DNA from: Clostridia bacterium
GTDB lineage: Bacteria; Bacillota; Sulfobacillia; SLMV01
Direction of reading: 5' to 3'
DNA: 42,854 nucleotides
Assembly: GCA_003563985.1 (NCBI GenBank)
Contig: PWSR01000121.1
Span: 1-42,854, forward strand
Below are positions 9,858 to 18,734 of this stretch, one piece after another. Below the pieces are notes generated by a model. That model ran no database searches, had not been told where the DNA came from, and saw nothing but the letters and a program-made list of their open reading frames with translations. How positions within the stretch are numbered: position 1 is the stretch's first letter; each line of letters opens with the position of its first letter. The position numbers and the translations under genes are program-made.

Positions 9858-10625
9858 TTATTCTCCTTCCAGGACCGGTTGATCGCACCCGTCCTCGACG
9901 TCCCAATGCATTCCTCGTCCCCGCATACTGCAATGGCGGCCCGAGCCGATGATGATGTGATCCAGGACCTCGATACCCAGGATCTTCCCCGCCCGGATCA
10001 TCCGCCGGGTAGCCCGTACATCCTGCGGGCTCGGCGTGGGATCTCCGCTGGGGTGGTTGTGGGCCAGTATGATGGCCGCAGCGCTCCGCCGTATCGAGGC
10101 CTTGAACACCTCCCGGGGATGTACCGCGGAGGAATCGAGCCCCCCGACGGTAACCGTTTCCACCGCTGCCACCCGGTTTTTCGTATCCAACAATACGACC
10201 CGAAGATGTTCGCGATCCAGGTGCGCCATCTCCGATGCGAGCAGGGAAGCGACATCCTCCGGCCCGCGTATCTCCGGCCTGGTTACGCCTCCCGAACCGA
10301 TCCTTCGGCCCATTTCGAAGGCCGCCATCAATGCGGCGATCTTCGCCGGACCCACGCCCCGGAAGCGATGCAACTCCTCGGCGCTCGCCTCGGCCAACCG
10401 GACCAGGGGATTGCAGTCCCCGTCGCCGTCGGCCAGTGCCTTGAGGATTCGCCGGGACAGGTCCAACGCCGTCTCGGCGGAATCCGCGTGCCCGGTGCCC
10501 AGGATGATGGCCACCAGCTCCGCATCGCTCAGTCCCCGGGGACCCCGCCCCAGCAAACGTTCCCGGGGTCGCTCGCCCTTGGGCAGTTCCTTCATCGTCA
10601 ACTTCGTCGGATGCAAGATTGTCAC
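9858..10625 (-). CDS. radC: RadC-family JAMM-motif protein
   Basis: 255 aa. It has the N-terminal [28 protein letters not shown] helix-hairpin-helix region and the C-terminal JAMM motif [14 protein letters not shown]. An alternative ATG start at 10595 gives [12 protein letters not shown]. Confidence 0.85.
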   Translation of the reverse strand: MTILHPTKLTMKELPKGERPRERLLGRGPRGLSDAELVAIILGTGHADSAETALDLSRRILKALADGDGDCNPLVRLAEASAEELHRFRGVGPAKIAALMAAFEMGRRIGSGGVTRPEIRGPEDVASLLASEMAHLDREHLRVVLLDTKNRVAAVETVTVGGLDSSAVHPREVFKASIRRSAAAIILAHNHPSGDPTPSPQDVRATRRMIRAGKILGIEVLDHIIIGSGRHCSMRGRGMHWDVEDGCDQPVLEGE

Positions 10626-10672
10626 TACCTACGCGGCCGTATGGGACTTTCGGAAAAGTCCATCAACGACCA

Positions 10673-11305
10673 TCATAACACGTACTGCCAAAGGGAATAA
10701 CCCAAACGGCCGAAGAGATCCTCCAGAATTTCCAGGGGCAACCCCACCACGTTGGTAAAGGATCCGCGGATACCCGATACCAGCAGGGCACCTCGTCCCT
10801 GGATGGCATACCCCCCGGCCTTGCCCCGGGGTTCCCCGGAGGCTACGTAGGCGGCCATGACCTCCGCCGGTAGGGTTCGCATCCGGACCCGGGTGGTCGG
10901 CCCCGCCCGGGCCTCCGTCCCCGCCGCCGCGTCCAATAAGACCGTACCGGTGATCACGCGGTGGGTGCGCCCCGACAGGGCACATAGCATCCGCAACGCG
11001 TCCGCATCGTCCGCCGGCTTCCCGAGTACCTCTTCGGCACCCGAAACGACGACGGTGTCGGCGGCCAGGATGAGGGAATCGGCCCGACAAGAGGCGATTT
11101 CTCGAGCCTTGGCCCGGGCCAGTAAGAGGGCGATCGCGGCCGGTGACCCCGAGGCCGCCGGCACCGATCGAACCAGACGTTCTTCGTCGAGCTCGGGTAC
11201 CAAGACCTCGAATCGCAAGCCGATCTGGCGGAGAAGATCCGCCCTCCGGGGTGATCCAGAGGCCAGGACGAGACGCGGTTCCTGCATCTCATCGCCCGGG
11301 CCCAT
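10673..11305 (-). CDS. maf: Maf-family nucleoside triphosphate pyrophosphatase
   Basis: 210 aa with LVLASGSPRRADLLRQIGL at the N-terminus and GKAGGYAIQG near the C-terminus. The maf-radC-mreB order is classical. Confidence 0.9.
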   Translation of the reverse strand: MGPGDEMQEPRLVLASGSPRRADLLRQIGLRFEVLVPELDEERLVRSVPAASGSPAAIALLLARAKAREIASCRADSLILAADTVVVSGAEEVLGKPADDADALRMLCALSGRTHRVITGTVLLDAAAGTEARAGPTTRVRMRTLPAEVMAAYVASGEPRGKAGGYAIQGRGALLVSGIRGSFTNVVGLPLEILEDLFGRLGYSLWQYVL

Positions 11306-11308
11306 GGT

Positions 11309-11566
11309 TCACTTCCACCAGAGGAACAGGGCCAGGATGCCGCCCAACAGGGCACCGAGAATGTTGAGGCGAAAGCTGATTCCGAACGTAAACTCCACCA
11401 GGTGCAGCAAATTCACCGTGACCGGGGAGAAACCCAGTTGACCGTAGCGCCCAAGGATGGGCGCGTAGGGCGAAAGCAGTTCGCCCAGGATATCCCCCAC
11501 GAAGGCCCCCAGCGCCAGGAATACGACCAGCACCAGGTAATCTCCCGCTCTGCGACTTCTTTTCAT
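11309..11566 (-). CDS. DUF4321-like small membrane protein
   Basis: Small two-TM protein (MKRSRRAGDYLVLVVFLALGAFVGDILGELL...), a type commonly found just upstream of maf in clostridial-type genomes. I prefer ATG 11566, which has a GAGGAGGA upstream, over the track start at 11590. Confidence 0.6.
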   Translation of the reverse strand: MKRSRRAGDYLVLVVFLALGAFVGDILGELLSPYAPILGRYGQLGFSPVTVNLLHLVEFTFGISFRLNILGALLGGILALFLWWK

Positions 11567-11635
11567 AACTCTATCCAATCCTCCTCGCACCCTGCGCCAT
11601 TCGTCTACCCGTACGCCGACACCATCCCGAAGATC

Positions 11636-12529
11636 TCAATCTAGGACATTCCGGAGCGTGCGAAAGGCCCAGGCTAGTCGCAGGTACGACTGGTGACATT
11701 CCCGGGATTCCGGTCGATTTCGCGCCAGGGTGAGATGGGATTCCAGGTGGTTGATTATGAATTCCCGATAGGCCGGTGGCACCCAGTCCGCATCCAACTC
11801 GCCTATCTTGTAGGATGCCTGCTCCGCCACGGTCCTGATCTCCTCGGTGCGACTCCTGCCCGACGCGGGCGTCGTACCGGCGTGGGCCACCAGCAAATCC
11901 TCGAGAAGTCGCGTCAGGTCATCCAGGACGGGGCCGTTGATCTCCCCGACGGCCAGGGTAACATCCAGGGGAGGCAGGTCCCAGGAGCTCACCAGGGTTT
12001 CAAAGCCCGCCGCTTCCAACTCCTCCTCGAAGGCGCGGGCATCCTCCTCGCGGTACATCAAATCGGATACCACGCGAAAGTTCTCTCCGTCGAACATTAC
12101 GACGCCACCCCGCCCCATGTCGCCCATCTCTTCCAATAGGGTCGCGGCGTTCTCCTCCACGGTAAATGCGCCCACCTGCACGCGATACAGTTGCAGGCCG
12201 CGACCGGGGAGGGGGGGCTCGGCGACGGGCTCGGTCTCGGATGATTCTTCGTCGTCCGGTTCCTCTTCCGCGGTTTCTTCATCGGCCTCCTCCGCCTCCG
12301 GGGGCTCTTCCTCGGGAGTCCCTTCGGGTTCGTCGGGATCCGGATCTTCGAGGGGTTCCCCCGCGGGATCCTCCGAGGGGGTAGAAGGGGAAAAGACGCC
12401 ATCCCCCGCGAATCCGCGGAGCAGGTATCGTCCCCCGAGATAGCCCGCCCCTATAGAGACGGCGCCCAGTAGGATCAAGGCGATAATGACGGGCCACAAC
12501 GATTTTTGCTTGGGAGATCGGCGGCTCAC
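11636..12529 (-). CDS. SPOR-domain membrane protein with acidic low-complexity linker
   Basis: 297 aa. GTG start is preceded by AGGAGG with an 8-nt spacer. It has an N-terminal TM helix and an E/D/P-rich linker. The segment LQLYRVQVGAFTVEENAATLLEEM...FRVVSDLMYREEDARAFEEEL looks like a SPOR peptidoglycan-binding fold. Confidence 0.6.
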   Translation of the reverse strand: MSRRSPKQKSLWPVIIALILLGAVSIGAGYLGGRYLLRGFAGDGVFSPSTPSEDPAGEPLEDPDPDEPEGTPEEEPPEAEEADEETAEEEPDDEESSETEPVAEPPLPGRGLQLYRVQVGAFTVEENAATLLEEMGDMGRGGVVMFDGENFRVVSDLMYREEDARAFEEELEAAGFETLVSSWDLPPLDVTLAVGEINGPVLDDLTRLLEDLLVAHAGTTPASGRSRTEEIRTVAEQASYKIGELDADWVPPAYREFIINHLESHLTLARNRPESRECHQSYLRLAWAFRTLRNVLD

Positions 12530-12680
12530 GTGTACTGCCTCCTAATGGACGTGCGCCCTCATCGTCACGGACCGGGTCGTCCCGGGCACCGCGGGGCGCA
12601 TCATCGCTTCGGGTCGGCCTTCGCATCTCCGGATACTCCCCGGGCGAGACACGGGCTTGCCCATACTCTAATTCTCCCGA

Positions 12681-12704
12681 GGGCCGGGTCAGTCCTCCCG
12701 GCCC
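12681..12704 (-). terminator. GC-rich hairpin downstream of valS (possible terminator)
   Basis: On the minus strand GGGCCGGG-aggactga-CCCGGCCC gives an 8-bp perfect stem, 12 nt after the valS stop. No clear U-tract follows. Confidence 0.35.
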
Positions 12705-12716
12705 CGGGAAACCCAC

Positions 12717-15365
12717 CTAGGACTTCAGCTCCTCCAAGCGTCTCTGCAGGTGCTCGATTTCCTTTTGCACATCGGCCAGGCGTTCGCGTTCGCGCCCCAC
12801 GACCTCCGCCGGCGCCCGCGTTCGGAACTTTTCATCCTCCAACTTCCGCTGCGACCGATGGAGATTCGACTCGGCTTCTTCCAGCCGACGTCCGAGGCGT
12901 TCGCGCTCCTTCTCCAGGTCCACGACGCCCTCGAGGGGAAGGAACACCTGGACCTCCCCGGCCACCCCGGTGAGGGCCTGTTCGGGCCTGCTTAGATCCT
13001 CTCCCTCCAGGGAGAGGTCACCGACGCCGGCCAGTTCCCGAAGCGCCGTCTCAAAGGTCTCGAATACTTCGCGGCCCCCCGGGGAAGAAGCCAGGGTCAC
13101 GGGAACCCGAGTCCCCGGCGGGATATTCACCTCGGCCCGCAGGTTTCGAATGGTCCGCACCACATCCTGGAGAAGATCCACCCCGAGGTTCTCATCCGCC
13201 GGCGCGTAGTCCTCGGCCTCGGGCCAGGGGGCCTGGATCAGCATGGACTCCCGTCCCGGCAGCGATGCCCACATCTCCTCGGTGACGAAGGGCATGACGG
13301 GATGCAGTAGGCGCAAGATGTCGCCGAAGACCCGCACCAGGGTGTGGCGCGCGGCGCGGCGCGATGCATCCGGGGCCCCATCCCCCAGGCGAATCTTGGC
13401 CATCTCGATGTACCAATCGCAGAACTCGCTCCAGGCGAAATCGTACATGGACCGCAGGGCTTCACCCAGCTGGTAGGAATCCATGTAGGTCCCGACGTCC
13501 TCTACCGTGTCCCGCAGTCTCCCGAGAATCCACCGGTCCTCGGGGCGCAGTTCGATGGTTTCTTCCCCGACCCCCGGATCCCCGTCCAGGTTCATCAGGA
13601 TGAAGCGACAGGCATTCCACAGTTTGTTGGCAAAGTTGCGTCCCGCCTCCACGCGCTCCCAGAAGAAACGCATTTCGTTGCCGGGGGAGTTGCCGAAGAG
13701 CAGGCTGAATCGGAGGGCATCGGCCCCGTAGCGCTCTACCACGTCCAGGGGATCCACGCCGTTGCCCAGGGACTTGCTCATCTTTCGACCCTCGGGGTCT
13801 AGAACCAACCCGTGGATCAGAACCGTGTGGAAGGGCTTTTCGCCGACGTGTTCCAGGCCGCTGAAGATCATCCGGGCCACCCAGAAGGGGATGATGTCCC
13901 AACCCGTCACCAGGACGTCCGTCGGGTAGAAATAGTCCATCTCGGGGGTCTCCTCGGGCCATCCCAGGGTACTGAAGGGCCACAGTGCCGAGCTGAACCA
14001 CGTGTCGAGCACGTCGGGATCCTGTTGGAGGAAACCACCGCAGTGCGGACACGCCACAGGATTTTCCCGGCTTACCACGATCTCTTCGCAGGCATCACAG
14101 TACCAGGCGGGGATCCGGTGACCCCACCACAGCTGGCGGGAAATGCACCAGTCGCGGATGTTTTGCATCCAGTGCAGGTAGATACGACCGAAGCGCTCGG
14201 GGACGAAGGTAACGCGCCCGTCCTCCACGGCCTCGACGGCCGGCCGGGACAACTCCTTCATGGAGACGAACCACTGCCGCGATACCAGGGGTTCCACCAC
14301 GGTGTTGCACCGGTGACATTCCCCCACGGCGTGGACGTGCGCCTCCACCTTCACCAGCAAGTCCGCATCGCGCAGGTCACCCACGATCCGCTCCCGTGCC
14401 TCGAAGCGATCCAGGCCCCGGTAACGAGAGCCGGCATCCTCGGTCATGAGGCCGTCCTCGCCGATGACCTGGACACGGTCCAACTCCAACCGATTCCCCA
14501 TCTCGAAGTCGTTGGGGTCGTGGAAGGGCGTGATCTTGACGGCGCCCGTGCCGAACTCCGGGTCCACGGCGGCGTCGGCGATGATGGGCACCGGCCGGTC
14601 GACCATGGGGACCACCGCGGTCAGGCCCACCAGGTGGGTGAACCGGTCGTCGTCGGGGTGCACCGCCACGGCGGTATCGCCCAGTATGGTCTCGGGCCGC
14701 GTGGTGGCCACCGTGATGTATGCATCGGGTCCGCCCTCGGGGACGGGATAGCGGACGTAGTAGAGGTTGCCATTCTTCTCTTCGTGTTCCACTTCGATGT
14801 CGCTGAGGGCGGTGCGACACTCCACGCACCAGTTGATCATGTAGTGACCCCGGTAGATGTGCCCCTTTTCGTAGAGGCTCACGAAGACGTGGCGGACGGC
14901 CCGGGATAGTCCTTCATCCATGGTAAACCGCAGGCGCGACCAGTCCGCGGAAAAGCCCAGCTTCCTCATCTGGTCGATGATGCTGGCTTCGTAGACGTCC
15001 TTCCAATTCCAGACCTCTTCGATGAATCGTTCCCGCCCCAGGTCGTGGCGGGTCAGGCCGCGTTCCTCCTGGAGATGGCGGGAAACCACGTGTTGGGTGG
15101 CGATCCCGGCGTGATCGGTCCCCGGCTGCCACAGGGCTTCGTACCCCTGCATCCGGTGCTTGCGGATGAGGACATCCTGGATGGTATTGTCCAGGGCGTG
15201 TCCCACGTGCAGGTTGGAGGTCACGTTGGGGGGCGGCATCATGATGGTATAGGGCGTCCGATCCGGCCGGACGTGGGCCTCGAACGCTCCCGCCTCTTCC
15301 CATTCTCGGTAGACCTTCTCCTCGACGGCGTGGGGATCGTAATGGGTGGGGAGGGGTCCCTCCAT
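12717..15365 (-). CDS. valS: valine--tRNA ligase
   Basis: The track ORF is trimmed to ATG 15365 (MEGPLPTHYDPHAVEEKVYREWEEAGAF). It has the class I HIGH-type motif PPPNVTSNLHVGHAL, the KMSKS loop (RKMSKSLGN) and a C-terminal coiled coil. The 882-aa length is typical. Confidence 0.95.
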   Translation of the reverse strand: MEGPLPTHYDPHAVEEKVYREWEEAGAFEAHVRPDRTPYTIMMPPPNVTSNLHVGHALDNTIQDVLIRKHRMQGYEALWQPGTDHAGIATQHVVSRHLQEERGLTRHDLGRERFIEEVWNWKDVYEASIIDQMRKLGFSADWSRLRFTMDEGLSRAVRHVFVSLYEKGHIYRGHYMINWCVECRTALSDIEVEHEEKNGNLYYVRYPVPEGGPDAYITVATTRPETILGDTAVAVHPDDDRFTHLVGLTAVVPMVDRPVPIIADAAVDPEFGTGAVKITPFHDPNDFEMGNRLELDRVQVIGEDGLMTEDAGSRYRGLDRFEARERIVGDLRDADLLVKVEAHVHAVGECHRCNTVVEPLVSRQWFVSMKELSRPAVEAVEDGRVTFVPERFGRIYLHWMQNIRDWCISRQLWWGHRIPAWYCDACEEIVVSRENPVACPHCGGFLQQDPDVLDTWFSSALWPFSTLGWPEETPEMDYFYPTDVLVTGWDIIPFWVARMIFSGLEHVGEKPFHTVLIHGLVLDPEGRKMSKSLGNGVDPLDVVERYGADALRFSLLFGNSPGNEMRFFWERVEAGRNFANKLWNACRFILMNLDGDPGVGEETIELRPEDRWILGRLRDTVEDVGTYMDSYQLGEALRSMYDFAWSEFCDWYIEMAKIRLGDGAPDASRRAARHTLVRVFGDILRLLHPVMPFVTEEMWASLPGRESMLIQAPWPEAEDYAPADENLGVDLLQDVVRTIRNLRAEVNIPPGTRVPVTLASSPGGREVFETFETALRELAGVGDLSLEGEDLSRPEQALTGVAGEVQVFLPLEGVVDLEKERERLGRRLEEAESNLHRSQRKLEDEKFRTRAPAEVVGRERERLADVQKEIEHLQRRLEELKS

Positions 15366-15419
15366 CCCACTGTCACGGTTTTTCACGGCTACCCCCTCTT
15401 TCAGGTCGGAAATCCTCGG

Positions 15420-15670
15420 GCACAAAAAACCCCCGACGCCTAAGGGCGAAGGGGGGCAGGGGCTCCGCGGTACCACCTTAGTTCCCCGGGGGTCCATTCC
15501 CGGGACGCTCTTCGGATGTAACGGTCCGATGCCGTCTCCGCCTACCGGCCCGCGGGCTTTGGACGGAGCCACTCGGGGACGACCTTCGGGTCCGACCGAA
15601 TCCGGGAGATCTCCCAGCCCATGGATCTCCCTCTCTGGGGTGGACGGGCCCTACTCCTTCCCGTCGAAGC
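15420..15670 (-). promoter_or_regulatory. T-box leader (tRNA-sensing riboswitch) controlling valS
   Basis: Minus-strand elements, in order:
- GGAAGGAGTA, a GA/K-turn-like motif.
- An AGAGAG box.
- A specifier-loop-like GAAGGUCGU containing GUC (Val), the reverse complement of 15578-15583.
- The T-box core AACTAAGGTGGTACCGCGGAG (core at 15466-15477).
- A terminator, CCCCC-TT-CGCC/cuua/GGCG-TC-GGGGG, followed by TTTTTT (15424-15456). Confidence 0.8.
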
Positions 15671-15695
15671 GTTTCCTATCCGTATTGGTGCTAAC

Positions 15696-15724
15696 AGTAT
15701 ACTGGGGACGGTACCCGGGGTCAA
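15696..15724 (-). promoter_or_regulatory. sigma-A-type promoter for the valS T-box leader
   Basis: On the minus strand, TTGACC (15724-15719), a 17-nt spacer, then TATACT (15701-15696), just upstream of the T-box leader. Confidence 0.6.
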
Positions 15725-15779
15725 GAAATCCTCGCCGCCCGGGTTGCCCCGGGTGGACCGAATTGCCTTAACATGGATT

Positions 15780-16466
15780 CTACGCCCCTTCTCCGCGGTG
15801 GATTATCCTCCGGGCCAGGGCGTCCCCGAGATCCAGGGCGGATCGCCGCAGTGCCTCGCCCCGGGTCCGGGCCTCCCCGTCACCGAGGTGAGGGCACTGG
15901 TTTTCCAGGGACGGAATGCGGTCCGGTTCGATGGATGTTCCCGGGGGATAGAGGGAGAGGAATCCCCCGACGTCGCAATCCTCGCCGAAGCCACAGGTGA
16001 AACAGGCGAACTCTCCCCCGCCGGCGACGTCTCCGACGACATCCAGGCGGGCGTCGGCAAAATAGCGGCCGAGATCGCCGAGCACGTATTCTCCCGTCCC
16101 GGCACTTCCGTCCACGGCCACCATGGCCGCGGGCTTACCCCGTAGCGGGAATCGTTCCCGATGGCGACCCGTGAAACAGAGTCGTTCCCAAAAGGCTGCA
16201 CCCTTGGTATTCATGCGATCCCAATAGGTCGGTGCCCCGAACACCAGCCCGTCGGCCGCCGCAACGCGCTCCCATACGGCATCGAAGTCATCGCGGAGGA
16301 CACATCGGTTCGTCTCCACGCATCCATTGCAGGCCTCGCACGGCCGAACCAGTTTCCCCGACAGGGAGATGAACTCCGTATCCAGTCCCGTTCCCTCCAA
16401 GACCCTCCTCACCAGCGATTCCGTGAACTTACCCCTTCTTCCGGCGCCAACCCCTACAACGAGCAA
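15780..16466 (-). CDS. iron-sulfur flavoprotein (Isf-like; NADPH-dependent FMN reductase/flavodoxin fold)
   Basis: 228 aa with a flavodoxin-like N-terminus (VVGVGAGRRGKFTESL). The compact Cys motif C43-x2-C46-x2-C49-x5-C55 (PCEACNGCVETNRC) has the same spacing as the Isf [4Fe-4S] site. An extra Cys-rich C-terminal part is present (FACFTCGFGEDC). TTG start has a GAGGAGGG Shine-Dalgarno. Confidence 0.65.
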   Translation of the reverse strand: MLVVGVGAGRRGKFTESLVRRVLEGTGLDTEFISLSGKLVRPCEACNGCVETNRCVLRDDFDAVWERVAAADGLVFGAPTYWDRMNTKGAAFWERLCFTGRHRERFPLRGKPAAMVAVDGSAGTGEYVLGDLGRYFADARLDVVGDVAGGGEFACFTCGFGEDCDVGGFLSLYPPGTSIEPDRIPSLENQCPHLGDGEARTRGEALRRSALDLGDALARRIIHRGEGA

Positions 16467-16513
16467 TTCGTTTCCCTCCTCAAGACGTCTCCTCTACCGC
16501 TTTACCCGTGTAC

Positions 16514-17866
16514 TTACCCATCGGGGAATGTCCCGGAACCCCGCCCCGGCAGGAGGGGGCGGGGACGACGAGCGTACAATAGATCGTCGTACGCCAGGCA
16601 CAGGGGAACCAGGGATGGCCGGCGACGCACGGCGCGACGCCACAGGTTCCGCAGGGGCCACTCCGCCCTGCCGTAGGGACAGACCCGCAGGCAGAGACCG
16701 CAATCGCTTCCCACTCTCCGCCAGAATGCATAGCAGGCGTCCCCGTCCACCTCCCACTTCTCGGTGCCCCGCGAACGCCCGGGTGCGCGGGCGATCGCCC
16801 GGCCGGGACAATTCAAGGCGCACTTCCCGCACCGGCGGCAGAACTCGGCCAGGCCGAAGGAACCGGGGGAATCCGGTGCGAGGGGAATGTCCGTGGTCAC
16901 GGCACCCAGGCGGATCCGGGGACCCCACGACTCCGTCACCAGCAATCCCATCATCCCGATCTCCCCCAGGCCGGCCCGGGCCGCCAGGGGTGGCAGGACG
17001 ATCTGGTAGTCCCCGCTACGATGAAGGCGAGCATCGCCCCCCGCTCGCGCCACGACCTCGGCCACGGCGCTCCCGATTCCGGCAGCGCGCAGGTAACCCG
17101 AGGCGGACTCCACGGTGGCCTGCAGGGACGGGGCCATCTCCACGCGATCGGCATCCATCTCCACGGCAAAAACGATGGCGCGGGTATGGTCCGTCACGAT
17201 TTCTTCGCCGTAGTCTCCCCTTCGATCCGCGGCGTGGCTGTACAGGTCGCCGGGCCGCAGGCTGCTGACGCCCACGGCGACGGCGCCCAGTCCCCGTGCC
17301 ACCTCCTCGGCCCGCGCCCGCACCCACGCTGGGGTGCGATCCGCGGCGCCGGGGGACGCCGAGGGGAGCACGCCGATTCGCCGAACGACGGCGAAGAGGG
17401 AGTCCACCTCCAGCGCCGCCCCGGGATGATAGGCGGGTGTTGCGGGGTCACCCATGGCCGGCAGGCTCCGAAGGGTTTCGTCCTCGCCGCGCCGGTCGGG
17501 CCTGCGGCGGTAGTAATCCTCTTCCTCGGGGCTACCCGCCGCAAGATGCATCCGGGACAAAACGTGGTCACGCTCATCGAAGGGTCGCGGGTCCGGCGGA
17601 CTGTCTCCTTCCACCGTAGAACGCCGCGGGACCAAAGAGACCAGGGAAAGGATCATCAGGCCGCTCCAGGCCGCGGTCGGCGCCCCTCCTAGCAATGCGG
17701 GGTAACCATACAGGAGAGCGGAGGCCAGGAATATCCCCGCCATCGCGGCGAACAGCCGCCTGCGCGGCGACCGGTATATCTTCGGGTCCAACGAAGCCCC
17801 GCTCACGGCCAGTAGACCCATCCATACCGCCGACGCGACGCCACCGATGACGACCAGGACGCCCAT
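16514..17866 (-). CDS. membrane-anchored reductive-dehalogenase-like / double [4Fe-4S] protein
   Basis: The track ORF 16514..18580 is trimmed to ATG 17866 (GGAGGAGG Shine-Dalgarno 8 nt upstream), because the extension runs antisense through rubrerythrin. It has three predicted N-terminal TM helices. The C-terminal ferredoxin-type motifs are CRRCGKCALNCP and CGLCLRVCP. This arrangement (end of protein, cluster spacing) resembles the RdhA/QueG superfamily. Confidence 0.55.
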   Translation of the reverse strand: MGVLVVIGGVASAVWMGLLAVSGASLDPKIYRSPRRRLFAAMAGIFLASALLYGYPALLGGAPTAAWSGLMILSLVSLVPRRSTVEGDSPPDPRPFDERDHVLSRMHLAAGSPEEEDYYRRRPDRRGEDETLRSLPAMGDPATPAYHPGAALEVDSLFAVVRRIGVLPSASPGAADRTPAWVRARAEEVARGLGAVAVGVSSLRPGDLYSHAADRRGDYGEEIVTDHTRAIVFAVEMDADRVEMAPSLQATVESASGYLRAAGIGSAVAEVVARAGGDARLHRSGDYQIVLPPLAARAGLGEIGMMGLLVTESWGPRIRLGAVTTDIPLAPDSPGSFGLAEFCRRCGKCALNCPGRAIARAPGRSRGTEKWEVDGDACYAFWRRVGSDCGLCLRVCPYGRAEWPLRNLWRRAVRRRPSLVPLCLAYDDLLYARRPRPLLPGRGSGTFPDG

Positions 17867-18085
17867 GTGCACCGCCTCCTCCCCTCTCCAGTGTACCCAC
17901 CCGGAGGATTCGGGGCGAGCGTCGGCCCCACGGGCCAACAAGGAATGTACCCCCGATTCGTAGAATCCAACGATTCGGGGGACGGCACATTTTAGCCGAT
18001 ACGGGCATGGACCCGGATCCCCCCGGGCGCGGGGCGCCCGTTGGACCGCATCGCCCCCGGGCCAATTCGCGAGGGGAGAGATATC

Positions 18086-18661
18086 GTGGCGAACATCGAG
18101 GGAAGCAAGACGGAGAAAAACATCCTTACCGCCTTTGCCGGTGAGTCGCAGGCGCGCAACCGATACACCTACTTCGCCGAGGCAGCCAGGGATGAGGGGT
18201 ACGAACAGATCGCAGGGATCTTCTTGGAGACCGCCGATCACGAGCGGGCGCACGCCCGACGGCTGTTCGGACTGCTGGAGGGCGGCGAGGTGGAGATCGG
18301 GGCCGCTTTCCCCGCCGGCGTGATCGGGACCACGGCGGAGAACCTCCGGGCCGGAATCGAAGGAGAACACTATGAGAACTCGGAGATGTACCCGGGGTTC
18401 GCACAGGTCGCCCGGGACGAGGGGTTCACCAACGTCGCCGCCGTCTTCGAGGCGATCGCCGTATCGGAGACCCAGCACGAAAAGCGTTATCGGGAATTGT
18501 TGGCCAACGTTGAGGCGGAGGAAGTGTTCGTGAAGTCGGAGCCGGTCACGTGGAAATGCCGCAATTGCGGGTACCTCCACGTCGGCACCGAGGCGCCGCG
18601 CGTCTGTGCCGCCTGTGCCTATCCGAAGAAGTACTTCGAGATCCTCGCCGAAAACTGGTAG
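18086..18661 (+). CDS. rbr: rubrerythrin
   Basis: GTG 18086 is preceded by GAGGGGAGAG, giving VANIEGSKTEKNILTAFAGESQARNRYTYF. Diiron ExxH motifs are present (DHERAH, ETQHEKRY). The C-terminal rubredoxin-like motif is CRNCGY...CAACAYPK. The track start at 18041 is possible but less likely. Confidence 0.9.
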   Translation: MANIEGSKTEKNILTAFAGESQARNRYTYFAEAARDEGYEQIAGIFLETADHERAHARRLFGLLEGGEVEIGAAFPAGVIGTTAENLRAGIEGEHYENSEMYPGFAQVARDEGFTNVAAVFEAIAVSETQHEKRYRELLANVEAEEVFVKSEPVTWKCRNCGYLHVGTEAPRVCAACAYPKKYFEILAENW

Positions 18662-18668
18662 GCATCAC

Positions 18669-18703
18669 CCCCGCGGGGTTGGATCCACCCCGACCCCGCG
18701 GGG
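18669..18703. terminator. GC-rich bidirectional hairpin between convergent rbr and cheX
   Basis: Two copies of the self-complementary decamer CCCCGCGGGG (18669-18678 and 18694-18703) are separated by 15 nt. They can pair as a 10-bp G+C stem. No U-tract is present. Confidence 0.4.
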
Positions 18704-18734
18704 CTGCACCGCAGGACATCACCCTGCGCAAATC

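Noticed and set aside
17867-18580. Upstream extension of the RDH-like ORF to 688 aa.
   Set aside because: It runs antisense through the rubrerythrin gene, whose diiron and rubredoxin motifs are unambiguous. A strong GGAGGAGG Shine-Dalgarno precedes the internal ATG 17866, where the TM helices begin.
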